Below are positions 29,668-42,625 of a stretch of 47,091 bases of DNA, in pieces. The stretch comes from Escherichia coli (GTDB lineage Bacteria > Pseudomonadota > Gammaproteobacteria > Enterobacterales > Enterobacteriaceae): the NCBI RefSeq assembly GCF_003334255.1, contig NZ_QOWU01000042.1; one strand, 5' to 3'. Position 1 is the first letter of the stretch, and every line of letters starts with the position of its first letter. A program made the position numbers and the translations under genes. The notes below the pieces were generated by a model, which saw only the letters and a program-made list of their open reading frames with translations, was not told the DNA's origin and did not search any database.

Positions 29668-31263
29668 ATGAGCAAAATATCAGATTTGAATTATTCTCAA
29701 CACATTACATTAGCCGACAATTTTAAACAAAAAAGTGAAGTTTTAAATACCTGGCGTGTTGGAATGAATAATTTTGCTCGTAATGCCGAGGGGCAGGATA
29801 ATACAAGAAATATCCTCGATCCTAAGACATTTTTAGAGTTTTTGGTAAAAATATTTACCCTGGGTTATGTGGATTTTAGCAACCGCTCCAACGAAGCGGG
29901 AAGAAATATGATGGCTCATATTGAGTCCTCATCTTATATCAAAAATAATGATGGCAGTGAGATAATGAAGTTTGTTATGAATAATCCTGAAGGGGAGCGA
30001 GCGGATTTATCTAAGGTGGAAATAGAAATTACACTTTCAACTATCACTACTATGGGGACTCGTCAAGGACATACGGCTATTATATTTCAACAACCTGATG
30101 GTTCGACTAATCGTTATGAAGGAAAGTCCTTTGAAAGAAAAGATGAGAGTTCATTACACCTGATTACTAACAAGGTTCTGGCGTGTTATCAACGTGAAGC
30201 TAACAAGGAAGTGGCGCTTCTATTAAATAATCATCAGTTGAACTGGAAGGACGCAATTGATTATAACGAGTTATTAGAAAAGCCATTAGCCAGTACATTA
30301 GAAAAAATAAAGAAAGAACATCTGCTATTAATGCCTCATGTATGTGATGACACGATTCCATACTTACTAGGCGAAGGTGGTATACTTGAAGAAATAAATG
30401 GTCTGAAAACGTTACATGATACCAAAATTGATAGTGGTACAGAAGGTAATGATGAAATTAATAACATCAAAATTAACCTGTCTAATATTCTTATTGATTC
30501 CTTAGATGATGCAAAAATTAATCTCGAAAAGGTCATCGATTCGATGTTGGAGACTTTTTTTAAATTGCCATATATTAATGATGTAAAAATTCTGGAGTGG
30601 TGTTTTAATCAAAGTATGCAATATTCTGATGATACTACAAAGATAAAGCATGCCCGCTCCGTGATCGATCATATTGATTTTAACTGCGATCAGTCTAAAA
30701 TAGCTGAGACATTATTTTTCAACCTCAATAAAGAACCCTATAAAAACAGCCCTGAGTTACAGGAATTGATTTGGGAGAAGTTGGTTGTATATGTCAATGA
30801 TTTTAATTTAAGTAATCAAGAAAAATCGCGCTTAATACTAAGGCTTTTTGATGATGTTAAATTGGTTTTTGATAAAGTGCCTCTCAGCATTTTAGTGAAT
30901 GATATTTTTTTGAAGGATTTTTTCATGAAGCAACCTGATTTTGCTAAGTGGTACTTCTATCAATTACTTAAGAGTTATGAGGGCGAGCAGATGTATCTTA
31001 ATGAGTTAGGATATGTTTATGGTGATGAAGAAAAAACAAAAGAAATTGTAAATAAACTTCCGGGTTATGTCGTTAAGATTTTTGAAGAAAAGATCGATAA
31101 TGAATTAAAAATTAGAACAAGAATGATGGAAATCCTCCGGGATGAGCAAATCAATATATATGAATATATTAATGAAAAACAGTTAGAAAAATTAAATCCT
31201 CAGGGAAATTTACGTATAGCAATAGAAAAATTTGGGTGGAATAATAAACCTATCACTGCATAA
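29668..31263 (+). CDS. yjgL: uncharacterised protein YjgL (531-aa allele)
   Basis: The N-terminus MSKISDLNYSQHITLADNFKQKSEVLNTWRVGMN matches K-12 YjgL. The gene is strongly AT-rich relative to its neighbours. Confidence 0.88.
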   Translation: MSKISDLNYSQHITLADNFKQKSEVLNTWRVGMNNFARNAEGQDNTRNILDPKTFLEFLVKIFTLGYVDFSNRSNEAGRNMMAHIESSSYIKNNDGSEIMKFVMNNPEGERADLSKVEIEITLSTITTMGTRQGHTAIIFQQPDGSTNRYEGKSFERKDESSLHLITNKVLACYQREANKEVALLLNNHQLNWKDAIDYNELLEKPLASTLEKIKKEHLLLMPHVCDDTIPYLLGEGGILEEINGLKTLHDTKIDSGTEGNDEINNIKINLSNILIDSLDDAKINLEKVIDSMLETFFKLPYINDVKILEWCFNQSMQYSDDTTKIKHARSVIDHIDFNCDQSKIAETLFFNLNKEPYKNSPELQELIWEKLVVYVNDFNLSNQEKSRLILRLFDDVKLVFDKVPLSILVNDIFLKDFFMKQPDFAKWYFYQLLKSYEGEQMYLNELGYVYGDEEKTKEIVNKLPGYVVKIFEEKIDNELKIRTRMMEILRDEQINIYEYINEKQLEKLNPQGNLRIAIEKFGWNNKPITA

Positions 31264-31271
31264 AATAATGT

Positions 31272-31305
31272 GATGCCGGGATGGTTTGTATTTCCCGGCA
31301 TCTTT
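31272..31305. terminator. terminator between convergent yjgL and argI
   Basis: 10-bp stem gatgccggga / tcccggcatc (31272-31281, 31293-31302) followed by ttt. Confidence 0.75.
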
Positions 31306-31318
31306 ATAGCAATATCAA

Positions 31319-32323
31319 TTATTTACTGAGCGTCGCGACCATCACCGCTTTGATGGTATGCATGCGGTTTTCCGCCTGATCAAAAACAATGCTGGCGGCA
31401 GATTCGAAGACCTCATCAGTCACTTCCATTCCGCCATGTAGGCCAAACTCTTCCGCCATTTTCTTACCAAGCGTCGTCTGGTCGTCATGAAAAGCGGGCA
31501 GGCAGTGGAGGAATTTGACCTCCGGGTTACCGGTCAACTGCATCATCTTGCTGTTCACCTGATAATCACGCAGTAATGCAATCCGTTCTGCCCATTTCTC
31601 TTTTGCTTCCCCCATCGACACCCACACATCGGTATAGATAAAGTCAGCACCTTCTACTCCCTTGGCTACATCTTCCGTTAGCGTAATATTCCCGCCATTT
31701 TGCTGTGCCAGAGCGCGGCATTCCGTAACCAGCGCAGCTTCCGGCCAGCATGCCTGTGGCGCGACCAGACGCAAATCCAGACCGGTAAGCGCCGCAGCTT
31801 CGAGCATCGAATTGCCCATGTTGTTACGTGCGTCACCTGCATAGACCAGCGTCATTTCGTTGAACGCTTTGCCAGGTAAATGCTCCTGCATGGTGAGGAG
31901 ATCCGCCAGCAGCTGCGTGGGGTGAAACTCATTGGTCAGGCCGTTCCATACCGGCACGCCAGCGTATTCCGCCAGTGTTTCAACAATCTCCTGACCATAG
32001 CCGCGATACTGAATACCGTCATACATGCGACCAAGCACGCGGGCAGTGTCTTTAATCGACTCTTTATGACCAATCTGGCTGCCGCTTGGGCCGAGATAAG
32101 TAACGCGAGCACCCTGGTCATATGCGGCAACTTCGAAAGAGCATCGGGTACGGGTCGAGTCTTTTTCGAAGATGAGCGCGATGTTTTTACCAGTGAGTTT
32201 GGCTTCTTCTTTACCGCTTTTCTTATCGGCTTTCAGCTTCGCGGCTAACTGCAACAGGCTGTTGAGTTCAGCTGGCGTGAAATCGAGTAATTTCAGGAAA
32301 TGCTTATGATAAAACCCGGACAT
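31319..32323 (-). CDS. argI: ornithine carbamoyltransferase
   Basis: 334 aa, [40 protein letters not shown]... with the STRTR and HCLP motifs. Confidence 0.98.
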
Positions 32324-32348
32324 AGATCCCTCCTGTGGCTATCGCCTC

Positions 32349-32387
32349 AATGAATTAAAATTCAATTTATATGGATGATTATTCATT
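32349..32387 (-). promoter_or_regulatory. tandem ARG boxes (ArgR operator) of argI
   Basis: aatgaattaaaattcaat (32349-32366) and tatggatgattattcatt (32370-32387). Both fit wnTGAATwwwwATTCAnw and have the canonical 21-bp phasing. Confidence 0.85.
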
Positions 32388-32484
32388 TGCAAGTCTAAAG
32401 CATAAATCTTTGTCACAAAGGTGGAGGCAATGTCAGTGGTGTGTGACAATAAGAGTATCGGCAGGACATTAAGAGGAATGAGCC

Positions 32485-32901
32485 ATGGCAAACCCGGAAC
32501 AACTGGAAGAACAGCGTGAAGAAACACGTTTGATTATTGAAGAATTACTGGAAGATGGCAGCGATCCGGACGCGCTGTACACCATCGAACACCATCTTTC
32601 CGCAGACGATCTGGAAACCCTGGAAAAAGCAGCAGTTGAAGCGTTTAAACTCGGTTACGAAGTGACCGATCCAGAAGAGCTGGAAGTTGAAGATGGTGAT
32701 ATCGTGATTTGCTGCGACATCCTCAGCGAGTGCGCGTTGAATGCCGATCTGATCGATGCCCAGGTTGAACAACTGATGACGCTGGCGGAGAAATTTGACG
32801 TTGAGTACGATGGTTGGGGCACTTACTTTGAAGATCCTAACGGCGAAGACGGCGACGATGAAGATTTTGTCGACGAAGACGATGACGGGGTTCGCCACTA
32901 A
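32485..32901 (+). CDS. rraB: RNase E inhibitor RraB
   Basis: 138 aa, acidic, [37 protein letters not shown]... matches K-12 RraB (YjgD). Confidence 0.96.
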
Positions 32902-32914
32902 TTAATTGATTAAA

Positions 32915-32948
32915 ATGCCCGATAGCACACACTAGCGGGCATTTTTTT
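32915..32948 (+). terminator. rraB terminator
   Basis: atgcccg...cgggcat stem followed by ttttttt (32942-32948). Confidence 0.8.
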
Positions 32949-33450
32949 AGAGTTCGCGTAGCATCCGCACTTCACAATCGACATGGCCCGTGCAGCCAAG
33001 CGCATAGTCGATATGCTCAAAGCCCAAATGCTCATAAAGTGCAATGGCTTCCTTTAAAAAAGCGGTCGTTTCCAGATAACAGCGTTTGAAGCCCATCTCT
33101 CGTGCCTGCTCCATCGCCATTAAGGCCAGTTTTTTCGCCAGCCCTTTACCGCGAATAGCCGGAAGAAAATACATCTTTTGCAGTTCGCAAATGTCCGATT
33201 CACTACCTGCTAATGGCGCAATCCCACCGCCGCCGACCACTTCACCATCGAACTCAACCACCCAATATGCATGGCCAGGCTGACTATACACTTGATACAA
33301 CTCGTCAAGGTTCGGATCGGCGACGGTGTAGCCTTTATCAGCGGTAAGACCGTATTCGGCGGATACCTGACGAATGACGCGGGCGATAGCGGGATTATCC
33401 TGCTGCGTCAGGCGACGCATTACAGGTGATTGCGGCGCAATGTTATTCAT
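32947..33450 (-). CDS. yjgM: GNAT-family acetyltransferase YjgM
   Basis: 167 aa with the GNAT motif (RGKGLAKKL). Matches K-12 YjgM. Confidence 0.93.
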   Translation of the reverse strand: MNNIAPQSPVMRRLTQQDNPAIARVIRQVSAEYGLTADKGYTVADPNLDELYQVYSQPGHAYWVVEFDGEVVGGGGIAPLAGSESDICELQKMYFLPAIRGKGLAKKLALMAMEQAREMGFKRCYLETTAFLKEAIALYEHLGFEHIDYALGCTGHVDCEVRMLREL

Positions 33451-33642
33451 AGTTTAACCCAATAAAAATAAAGTAATTATACATTTGTTTAATACCACTC
33501 TCTTCTTACGTGCGCAAGCGACTTATAAAGTAATAAAGTTTTTGCCAGCCTATTACTGATAAGAGTATTGTAACGTGGCAGAACATTTTACTGTCTGTAT
33601 ATATAAATTATATCAATGGATTTTTTAATTCAGGGAATTTTT

Positions 33643-34839
33643 ATGGCTCAAGTTATTAATGAAATGGATGTTCCGTCCCATTCGTTTGTTTTTCATGGCA
33701 CAGGTGAGAGATATTTTCTTATTTGTGTGGTGAATGTGTTGTTAACGATTATACCGCTAGGTATCTATTTGCCATGGGCATTAATGAAATGTAAGCGTTA
33801 TCTCTATGCTAATATGGAAGTTAACGGACAACGATTTTCTTATGGAATTACCGGTGGGAATGTTTTTGTTAGTTGTCTTGTTTTTGTTTTTTTCTATTTC
33901 GCAATCTTAATGACAGTGTCAGCAGATATGCCGCTTGTTGGCTGTGTTTTGACTTTGTCACTGTTGGTTTTGCTTATATTTATGGCAGCAAAAGGACTGC
34001 GTTATCAGGCCTTGATGACCAGTCTCAACGGCGTAAGATTTAGTTTTAATTGCTCTTTGAAAGGGTTCTGGTGGGTAACCTTTTTCTTGCCGATTTTAAT
34101 GGCCATTGGGATGGGAGCTGTTTTCTTTATCTCGACAAAGATGCTACATGCCAATAGTTCAAGTAGTGTTATTATATCTGTGGTTCTGATGGCAATAGTT
34201 GGTATTGTTTCCATTGGTATTTTTAATGGTACTTTATATAGCCTGGTAATGAGTTTTCTCTGGAGCAATACCAGTTTCGGTATACATCGTTTCAAGGTGA
34301 AATTAGATACTACGTATTGTATAAAATATGCCATTCTCGCATTTTTAGCTTTATTACCTTTTCTCGCTGTTGCTGGTTATATTATCTTCGATCAAATATT
34401 AAATGCGTATGATAGTTCTGTGTATGCAAATGATGATATTGAGAATTTACAGCAATTTATGGAAATGCAACGTAAAATGATAATCGCGCAGTTAATCTAT
34501 TATTTTGGGATTGCTGTTAGCACCAGTTATTTAACGGTGTCGTTGCGAAATCATTTTATGAGCAACCTGTCACTGAATGATGGGCGTATTCGTTTTCGCT
34601 CAACTTTAACGTACCACGGTATGCTTTATCGCATGTGTGCGTTGGTGGTGATATCCGGGATTACGGGCGGTCTGGCTTATCCACTGCTGAAAATATGGAT
34701 GATTGACTGGCAGGCAAAAAATACGTATTTGCTGGGCGATTTGGATGACCTTCCTTTAATCAATAAAGAAGAACAACCAGATAAAGGCTTCTTAGCCAGG
34801 ATTTCACGGGGAATTATGCCTTCTTTACCATTTCTGTAA
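33643..34839 (+). CDS. yjgN: DUF898-family inner membrane protein YjgN
   Basis: The start at MAQVINEMDVPSHSFVFHGTGERYF (ATG 33643) gives 398 aa, matching K-12 YjgN. The gene is AT-rich. Confidence 0.9.
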   Translation: MAQVINEMDVPSHSFVFHGTGERYFLICVVNVLLTIIPLGIYLPWALMKCKRYLYANMEVNGQRFSYGITGGNVFVSCLVFVFFYFAILMTVSADMPLVGCVLTLSLLVLLIFMAAKGLRYQALMTSLNGVRFSFNCSLKGFWWVTFFLPILMAIGMGAVFFISTKMLHANSSSSVIISVVLMAIVGIVSIGIFNGTLYSLVMSFLWSNTSFGIHRFKVKLDTTYCIKYAILAFLALLPFLAVAGYIIFDQILNAYDSSVYANDDIENLQQFMEMQRKMIIAQLIYYFGIAVSTSYLTVSLRNHFMSNLSLNDGRIRFRSTLTYHGMLYRMCALVVISGITGGLAYPLLKIWMIDWQAKNTYLLGDLDDLPLINKEEQPDKGFLARISRGIMPSLPFL

Positions 34840-34844
34840 GAGAT

Positions 34845-34878
34845 AAAAAAGGCCGGAGCATGCTACGGCCTTCGTTTT
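34845..34878. terminator. bidirectional terminator between yjgN and valS
   Basis: aaggccg-gagcatgcta-cggcctt hairpin, flanked by an A-run (34845-34850) and cgttttc. Confidence 0.8.
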
Positions 34879-34894
34879 CATCGCTGTGATTTGA

Positions 34895-37750
34895 TTACAG
34901 CGCGGCGATAACAGCCTGCTGTTCAATCAGCTTCGCTTTCGCTTCTGCATAGCCTTCCAGCTTTTCACGCTCTTTCGCGATGACCGCTTCCGGTGCGCGG
35001 GCGACAAAGCCTTCATTCGCCAGCTTATTCTCGATGCGGCTGATTTCGCCTTCGATCTTCGCCACTTCTTTCGCCAGACGCGCCAGCTCATCTTCTTTGT
35101 TGATGAGGCCAGCCATCGGGATCAGCAGCTCTGCGCCGTCGATGATCTTCGTAACGGAAACCGGACCTTTGTTATCGGCAGGCAGCACGGTGATGCTTTC
35201 CAGACGCGCCAGGGTTTGCAGGAAGCCACGGTTTTCATTTACGCGACGTTCTGCATCCGCGCTGCAACCACGCAGCAGCAGCTCCAGCGGTTTGCCCGGT
35301 GCGATGTTCATTTCTGCACGGATGTTACGTACCGCAACGATCGCCTGCTTCAACCACTCTGTGTCGGCCAGTGCGGCTTCATCAACCTGAGATGCATCGT
35401 ACTGCGGGAACGGCTGCAGCATGATGGTGTCGGCAGTGATACCGCAAAGTACTTTCACACGCTGCCAGATGGTTTCGGTGATGAACGGAATGATCGGATG
35501 CGCGAGGCGCAGCAGACCTTCCAGCACGGTCACCAGCGTATGGCGAGTACCGCGCAGTTCGGCTTCGGTGCCACCGTTCATTACCGGCTTAGTCAGCTCC
35601 AGATACCAGTCACAGAACTGGTTCCAGGTGAACTCATACAGAATGCCTGCGGCGATATCGAAGCGGAAGCTGTCCAGCGCTTCGCGGTACGCTTTGATGG
35701 TCTGGTTGAACTCTGCCAGAATCCAGCGGTCCGCCAGCGACAGCGTCATTTCACCGCCGTTGAAGCCGCAATCCTGACCTTCTGTGTTCATCAGCACAAA
35801 GCGGCTGGCGTTCCACAGCTTGTTACAGAAGTTACGGTAACCTTCCAGACGCTTCATATCCCAGTTGATGTCACGACCAGTAGAAGCCAGCGCCGCCAGG
35901 GTGAAGCGCAGCGCATCAGTACCGTGCGGCTCAATGCCGTTCGGGAACTGCTTCTCGGTGCGCTTACGGATTTTGTCCGCCAGTTGCGGCTGCATCATAT
36001 TGCCGGTACGTTTTTCCAGCAGTTCTGGCAGCGAAATGCCGTCAACCATATCCAGCGGGTCGATAACGTTACCCTTGGATTTGGACATCTTCTGGCCTTC
36101 GTCATCACGAATCAGGCCGGTCATGTAAACGGTGTGGAACGGCACCTGCGGTTTGCCATTTTCATCTTTGATGAAGTGCATGGTCATCATGATCATGCGG
36201 GCAATCCAGAAGAAGATGATGTCGAAACCAGATACCATCACGCTGGTTGGGTGGAACTGACGCAGGGCGTCGGTGTTTTCCGGCCAGCCTAGGGTAGAGA
36301 AGGTCCACAGCGCAGAAGAGAACCAGGTGTCGAGAACGTCTTCGTCCTGACGCAGGGCAACGTCGGCACCGAGGTTATTTTCTTTACGCACTTCGTCTTC
36401 GTTGCGGCCAACATAAACGTTACCCGCTTCGTCGTACCATGCCGGGATTCGGTGACCCCACCACAGCTGACGAGAGATACACCAGTCCTGAATATCGCGC
36501 ATCCAGGAGAAGTACATGTTTTCGTACTGCTTCGGTACGAACTGAATGTCGCCATTCTCAACCGCTTCAACTGCCGGTTTCGCCAGGACATCGGCACGCA
36601 CGTACCACTGGTCGGTCAGCATCGGTTCGATAACTACGCCGCCACGGTCGCCGTAAGGAACGGTCAGGTCGTGCGGTTTAATTTCTTCCAGCAGGCCGAG
36701 TGCGTCAACCGCAGCAACGACTGCTTTACGTGCAGCAAAACGCTCGAGTTTCTGGAACTCTGCCGGGATTTCGCTGGAATAAACGTCAGATTCGTTACCT
36801 TTGGTATCGAACACCTGGGCGCTTTCACGGATATCGCCGTCAAAGGTCAGGATGTTGATCATCGGCAGCGCGTGACGTTTACCCACTTCATAGTCGTTAA
36901 AGTCGTGCGCCGGAGTGATTTTCACGCAGCCGGTGCCTTTTTCCATGTCGGCGTGTTCGTCGCCAACGATCGGAATACGACGGTTAACCAGCGGCAGAAT
37001 GACATATTTGCCAATCAGATCTTTGTAACGCGGATCTTCCGGGTTAACGGCTACGCCAGTATCGCCCAGCAGGGTTTCCGGACGGGTAGTCGCAACCACC
37101 AGATAATCTTTACCGTCTGCGGTTTTCGCGCCGTCAGCCAGCGGATAGCGGATGTGCCACATCGAACCTTTTGATTCGCGGTTTTCCACTTCCAGGTCAG
37201 AGATAGCGGTGCGCAGTTTCGGGTCCCAGTTTACCAGGCGTTTGCCACGGTAAATCAGGTCTTCTTTATACAGACGAACGAAAACTTCTTTCACCGCATT
37301 GGACAGGCCTTCGTCCATGGTGAAGCGTTCACGCTCCCAGTCGACGGAGTTGCCGAGACGGCGCATCTGACGGGTAATGGTGCCGCCGGACTCCGCTTTC
37401 CATTCCCAGATTTTGTCGATGAAAGCTTCGCGGCCGTAGTCGTGACGGGTTTTACCTTCTTCTGCGGCAATCTTGCGCTCAACGACCATCTGGGTAGCGA
37501 TCCCGGCGTGGTCAGTACCGACCTGCCACAGGGTGTTTTTGCCCTGCATGCGCTGATAGCGGATCATGGTATCCATGATGGTTTGCTGGAAGGCGTGACC
37601 CATATGCAAACTGCCGGTGACGTTCGGCGGCGGGATCATGATGCAGAAACTTTCCTGGCTTTCATCGCCATTAGGCTTAAAGTAGCCCTGCTTTTCCCAG
37701 TGCTCGTAAAGCGGCTGTTCGATATCTTGTGGGTTATATGTCTTTTCCAT
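34895..37750 (-). CDS. valS: valine--tRNA ligase
   Basis: 951 aa with the HIGH-type ([12 protein letters not shown]) and KMSKS motifs. Matches K-12 ValS. Confidence 0.98.
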   Translation of the reverse strand: MEKTYNPQDIEQPLYEHWEKQGYFKPNGDESQESFCIMIPPPNVTGSLHMGHAFQQTIMDTMIRYQRMQGKNTLWQVGTDHAGIATQMVVERKIAAEEGKTRHDYGREAFIDKIWEWKAESGGTITRQMRRLGNSVDWERERFTMDEGLSNAVKEVFVRLYKEDLIYRGKRLVNWDPKLRTAISDLEVENRESKGSMWHIRYPLADGAKTADGKDYLVVATTRPETLLGDTGVAVNPEDPRYKDLIGKYVILPLVNRRIPIVGDEHADMEKGTGCVKITPAHDFNDYEVGKRHALPMINILTFDGDIRESAQVFDTKGNESDVYSSEIPAEFQKLERFAARKAVVAAVDALGLLEEIKPHDLTVPYGDRGGVVIEPMLTDQWYVRADVLAKPAVEAVENGDIQFVPKQYENMYFSWMRDIQDWCISRQLWWGHRIPAWYDEAGNVYVGRNEDEVRKENNLGADVALRQDEDVLDTWFSSALWTFSTLGWPENTDALRQFHPTSVMVSGFDIIFFWIARMIMMTMHFIKDENGKPQVPFHTVYMTGLIRDDEGQKMSKSKGNVIDPLDMVDGISLPELLEKRTGNMMQPQLADKIRKRTEKQFPNGIEPHGTDALRFTLAALASTGRDINWDMKRLEGYRNFCNKLWNASRFVLMNTEGQDCGFNGGEMTLSLADRWILAEFNQTIKAYREALDSFRFDIAAGILYEFTWNQFCDWYLELTKPVMNGGTEAELRGTRHTLVTVLEGLLRLAHPIIPFITETIWQRVKVLCGITADTIMLQPFPQYDASQVDEAALADTEWLKQAIVAVRNIRAEMNIAPGKPLELLLRGCSADAERRVNENRGFLQTLARLESITVLPADNKGPVSVTKIIDGAELLIPMAGLINKEDELARLAKEVAKIEGEISRIENKLANEGFVARAPEAVIAKEREKLEGYAEAKAKLIEQQAVIAAL

Positions 37751-38193
37751 TATTTCCAGGTTGCCGTATTCAGGTTGAAACCAGCCACGCGGTAGGCTTT
37801 ATAGCGTTCGCGCGCCAGTTGTTTCAGAGAATCTTCATAAGGAACGAAGTCTACCACTTCTGTGAAAGCGGTGGCAAAATCTGCAAAGCTTGTTCGCAGA
37901 CTAATCAATATATCGCGCGGGCTGCTGCTGCGTTTTTGCGGCCAGGCGATCTCCACCGGCGCACCGCCGCGCGGTCCTTCTCCCGCTAAATTATGCGGAA
38001 CAAAGCTTTCTGCCGGACGCGCCCACAGGGCTTCATCCAGCCGGTAAGCCTGCTTTTCATCTTCACAGGCGATGAGCACGCGCTTACCGCTGCGCCAACG
38101 TTCTGCGGCAATTTCACACACCAGTTGCTCAACGGCGCTTAAGCCATCGACGGTGGTGTCATTGTCCAGAAGGTAGAACGTCGCGTTTTTCAT
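37750..38193 (-). CDS. holC: DNA polymerase III chi subunit
   Basis: 147 aa, [46 protein letters not shown]... Its stop overlaps the valS start by 1 nt. Confidence 0.97.
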   Translation of the reverse strand: MKNATFYLLDNDTTVDGLSAVEQLVCEIAAERWRSGKRVLIACEDEKQAYRLDEALWARPAESFVPHNLAGEGPRGGAPVEIAWPQKRSSSPRDILISLRTSFADFATAFTEVVDFVPYEDSLKQLARERYKAYRVAGFNLNTATWK

Positions 38194-38245
38194 ATATGGG
38201 GCTTCTTGTGGTGGATTTAAATACGCATCAGGTATACACCGCAGC

Positions 38246-38545
<300 letters not shown>

Positions 38546-38546
38546 A

Positions 38547-40061
<1,515 letters not shown>

Positions 40062-40324
40062 CTACGCTCCTGAATCTTAAAGACAACGGCGGTGGCTACA
40101 GATAGAATTGCAAGCTTTCGTAACTCATGTCCGCTGTTGCGATGACTTCGTGTTAATCTTAACGTTATTACGGCATTGGCACGTCAGAACAAAATCTGAG
40201 AGGTGAATCCGTTGAGTATAATTATCTTAGCGACGATTTCGACGACTCAAGAGAATAAATGACGTTTAAGCCATGAAACAAGCTAAAATCCTGCAAAAGA
40301 CGAGTTTTTACGGGCGTATTTAAA

Positions 40325-41425
40325 GTGATAATCATAAGATATCTGGTGCGGGAGACGCTCAAAAGCCAGCTGGCGATACTCTTCATCTTGCTTTTGATCT
40401 TCTTCTGTCAAAAGTTAGTGAGGATCCTCGGCGCAGCGGTTGACGGCGATATTCCGGCGAATCTGGTGCTCTCCCTTCTCGGGTTGGGCGTGCCGGAAAT
40501 GGCGCAGCTTATCCTGCCATTAAGCCTGTTCCTCGGGCTGCTGATGACGCTGGGCAAACTGTATACCGAAAGTGAAATTACGGTAATGCATGCCTGCGGC
40601 CTGAGCAAAGCGGTTCTGGTGAAAGCGGCAATGATCCTTGCGGTATTCACGGCAATCGTCGCGGCGGTTAACGTGATGTGGGCGGGACCGTGGTCATCGC
40701 GTCATCAGGATGAAGTGTTAGCAGAAGCGAAAGCGAACCCTGGCATGGCGGCGCTGGCGCAAGGGCAATTCCAGCAAGCGACTAATGGCAGCTCGGTGCT
40801 GTTCATCGAAAGCGTTGACGGCAGCGATTTCAAAGATGTGTTCCTCGCACAAATTCGACCAAAAGGTAATGCACGTCCTTCTGTGGTGGTGGCCGATTCC
40901 GGACATTTAACCCAGCTGCGCGACGGCTCCCAGGTCGTCACTCTCAACCAGGGAACGCGCTTCGAAGGCACTGCACTGTTACGTGATTTCCGCATTACGG
41001 ATTTCCAGGATTATCAGGCGATCATTGGTCACCAGGCGGTGGCGCTCGACCCGAACGATACCGACCAGATGGACATGTGCACATTGTGGAACACTGACAC
41101 CGATCGTGCTCGCGCAGAACTGAACTGGCGTATCACGTTGGTATTCACCGTGTTTATGATGGCACTTATGGTCGTACCGCTGAGCGTGGTTAACCCACGT
41201 CAGGGACGCGTACTGTCGATGCTGCCAGCCATGCTGCTGTATCTACTTTTCTTCCTGATCCAGACCTCCCTGAAATCGAACGGCGGTAAAGGTAAGCTGG
41301 ACCCGACGCTGTGGATGTGGACCGTTAACCTGATTTATCTGGCTTTGGCGATTGTTCTCAACCTTTGGGACACCGTGCCGGTCCGCCGCCTGCGCGCCAG
41401 TTTTTCGCGTAAAGGAGCGGTGTGA
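40325..41425 (+). CDS. lptF: LPS export ABC transporter permease LptF
   Basis: GTG start, 366 aa, MIIIRYLVRETLKSQLAILFILLLIFF... matches K-12 LptF. Confidence 0.96.
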   Translation: MIIIRYLVRETLKSQLAILFILLLIFFCQKLVRILGAAVDGDIPANLVLSLLGLGVPEMAQLILPLSLFLGLLMTLGKLYTESEITVMHACGLSKAVLVKAAMILAVFTAIVAAVNVMWAGPWSSRHQDEVLAEAKANPGMAALAQGQFQQATNGSSVLFIESVDGSDFKDVFLAQIRPKGNARPSVVVADSGHLTQLRDGSQVVTLNQGTRFEGTALLRDFRITDFQDYQAIIGHQAVALDPNDTDQMDMCTLWNTDTDRARAELNWRITLVFTVFMMALMVVPLSVVNPRQGRVLSMLPAMLLYLLFFLIQTSLKSNGGKGKLDPTLWMWTVNLIYLALAIVLNLWDTVPVRRLRASFSRKGAV

Positions 41426-42507
41426 TGCAACCTTTTGGCGTACTTGACCGCTATATCGGTAAAACTATTTTCACCACCATCATGATGACGCTGTTCATGC
41501 TGGTGTCGCTGTCGGGCATTATCAAATTTGTCGATCAGTTGAAAAAAGCCGGGCAGGGGAGTTACGACGCGTTAGGCGCAGGAATGTATACCTTGCTGAG
41601 CGTGCCGAAAGATGTGCAAATCTTCTTCCCGATGGCGGCTCTGCTTGGGGCGTTGCTTGGTCTTGGGATGCTGGCGCAGCGCAGCGAACTGGTGGTGATG
41701 CAGGCTTCTGGTTTTACCCGTATGCAGGTGGCGCTGTCGGTGATGAAAACCGCCATTCCGCTGGTCTTGCTGACGATGGCGATTGGCGAATGGGTCGCGC
41801 CGCAGGGCGAGCAGATGGCGCGTAACTACCGTGCGCAGGCGATGTACGGCGGCTCGTTGCTCTCTACCCAGCAAGGCTTATGGGCGAAAGATGGCAACAA
41901 CTTCGTCTACATTGAGCGGGTTAAAGGTGACGAAGAGTTAGGTGGCATCAGCATTTATGCCTTTAACGAGAATCGTCGTCTGCAATCCGTACGCTATGCC
42001 GCTACCGCGAAGTTTGACCCGGAACATAAAGTCTGGCGTCTGTCGCAGGTGGATGAATCTGATCTGACCAATCCGAAACAGATCACCGGTTCGCAGACGG
42101 TGAGCGGTACCTGGAAAACCAACCTCACGCCAGACAAACTGGGCGTGGTGGCGCTGGACCCGGATGCACTCTCAATCAGCGGTTTGCACAACTATGTGAA
42201 GTATCTGAAGTCGAGCGGTCAGGATGCCGGACGTTATCAGCTCAACATGTGGAGCAAAATCTTCCAGCCGCTATCCGTGGCGGTGATGATGCTGATGGCG
42301 CTGTCGTTCATCTTTGGCCCACTGCGTAGCGTACCGATGGGCGTGCGTGTGGTCACCGGTATCAGCTTCGGTTTTGTCTTCTACGTACTGGACCAGATCT
42401 TCGGCCCGCTGACGTTGGTTTACGGCATCCCGCCGATTATCGGCGCACTGTTGCCAAGCGCCAGCTTCTTCTTAATCAGCCTGTGGCTGTTAATGAGAAA
42501 ATCGTAA
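41425..42507 (+). CDS. lptG: LPS export ABC transporter permease LptG
   Basis: ATG 41425 overlaps the lptF stop (gtGATGc). 360 aa, MQPFGVLDRYIGKTIFTTIMMTL... matches K-12 LptG. Confidence 0.96.
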   Translation: MQPFGVLDRYIGKTIFTTIMMTLFMLVSLSGIIKFVDQLKKAGQGSYDALGAGMYTLLSVPKDVQIFFPMAALLGALLGLGMLAQRSELVVMQASGFTRMQVALSVMKTAIPLVLLTMAIGEWVAPQGEQMARNYRAQAMYGGSLLSTQQGLWAKDGNNFVYIERVKGDEELGGISIYAFNENRRLQSVRYAATAKFDPEHKVWRLSQVDESDLTNPKQITGSQTVSGTWKTNLTPDKLGVVALDPDALSISGLHNYVKYLKSSGQDAGRYQLNMWSKIFQPLSVAVMMLMALSFIFGPLRSVPMGVRVVTGISFGFVFYVLDQIFGPLTLVYGIPPIIGALLPSASFFLISLWLLMRKS

Positions 42508-42513
42508 CCAAGC

Positions 42514-42533
42514 AAGGGAGCGAAAGCTCCCTT
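42514..42533 (+). terminator. lptG terminator hairpin
   Basis: aagggagc-gaaa-gctccctt immediately after the lptG stop. The U tract is weak (tcacatt). Confidence 0.6.
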
Positions 42534-42569
42534 TCACATTGTTGATAAAGTCAAATACGAGTTCGATCG

Positions 42570-42611
42570 GTCCCCTCGCCCCTTTGGGGAGAGGGTTAGG
42601 GTGAGGGGGAC
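42570..42611. repeat. GC-rich imperfect palindromic intergenic repeat (GGGGAGAGGGTTAGGGTGAGGGG-type)
   Basis: gtcccctcgcccctttggggagagggttagggtgagggggac. I recognise the motif as a recurrent enterobacterial intergenic repeat but cannot name the family with certainty. Confidence 0.5.
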
Positions 42612-42625
42612 AGATCGCGCCTGAC

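Noticed and set aside
35216-37174. Long plus-strand ORFs (358 aa, 240 aa and others).
   Set aside because: They are antisense shadows of valS and lack independent start signals.
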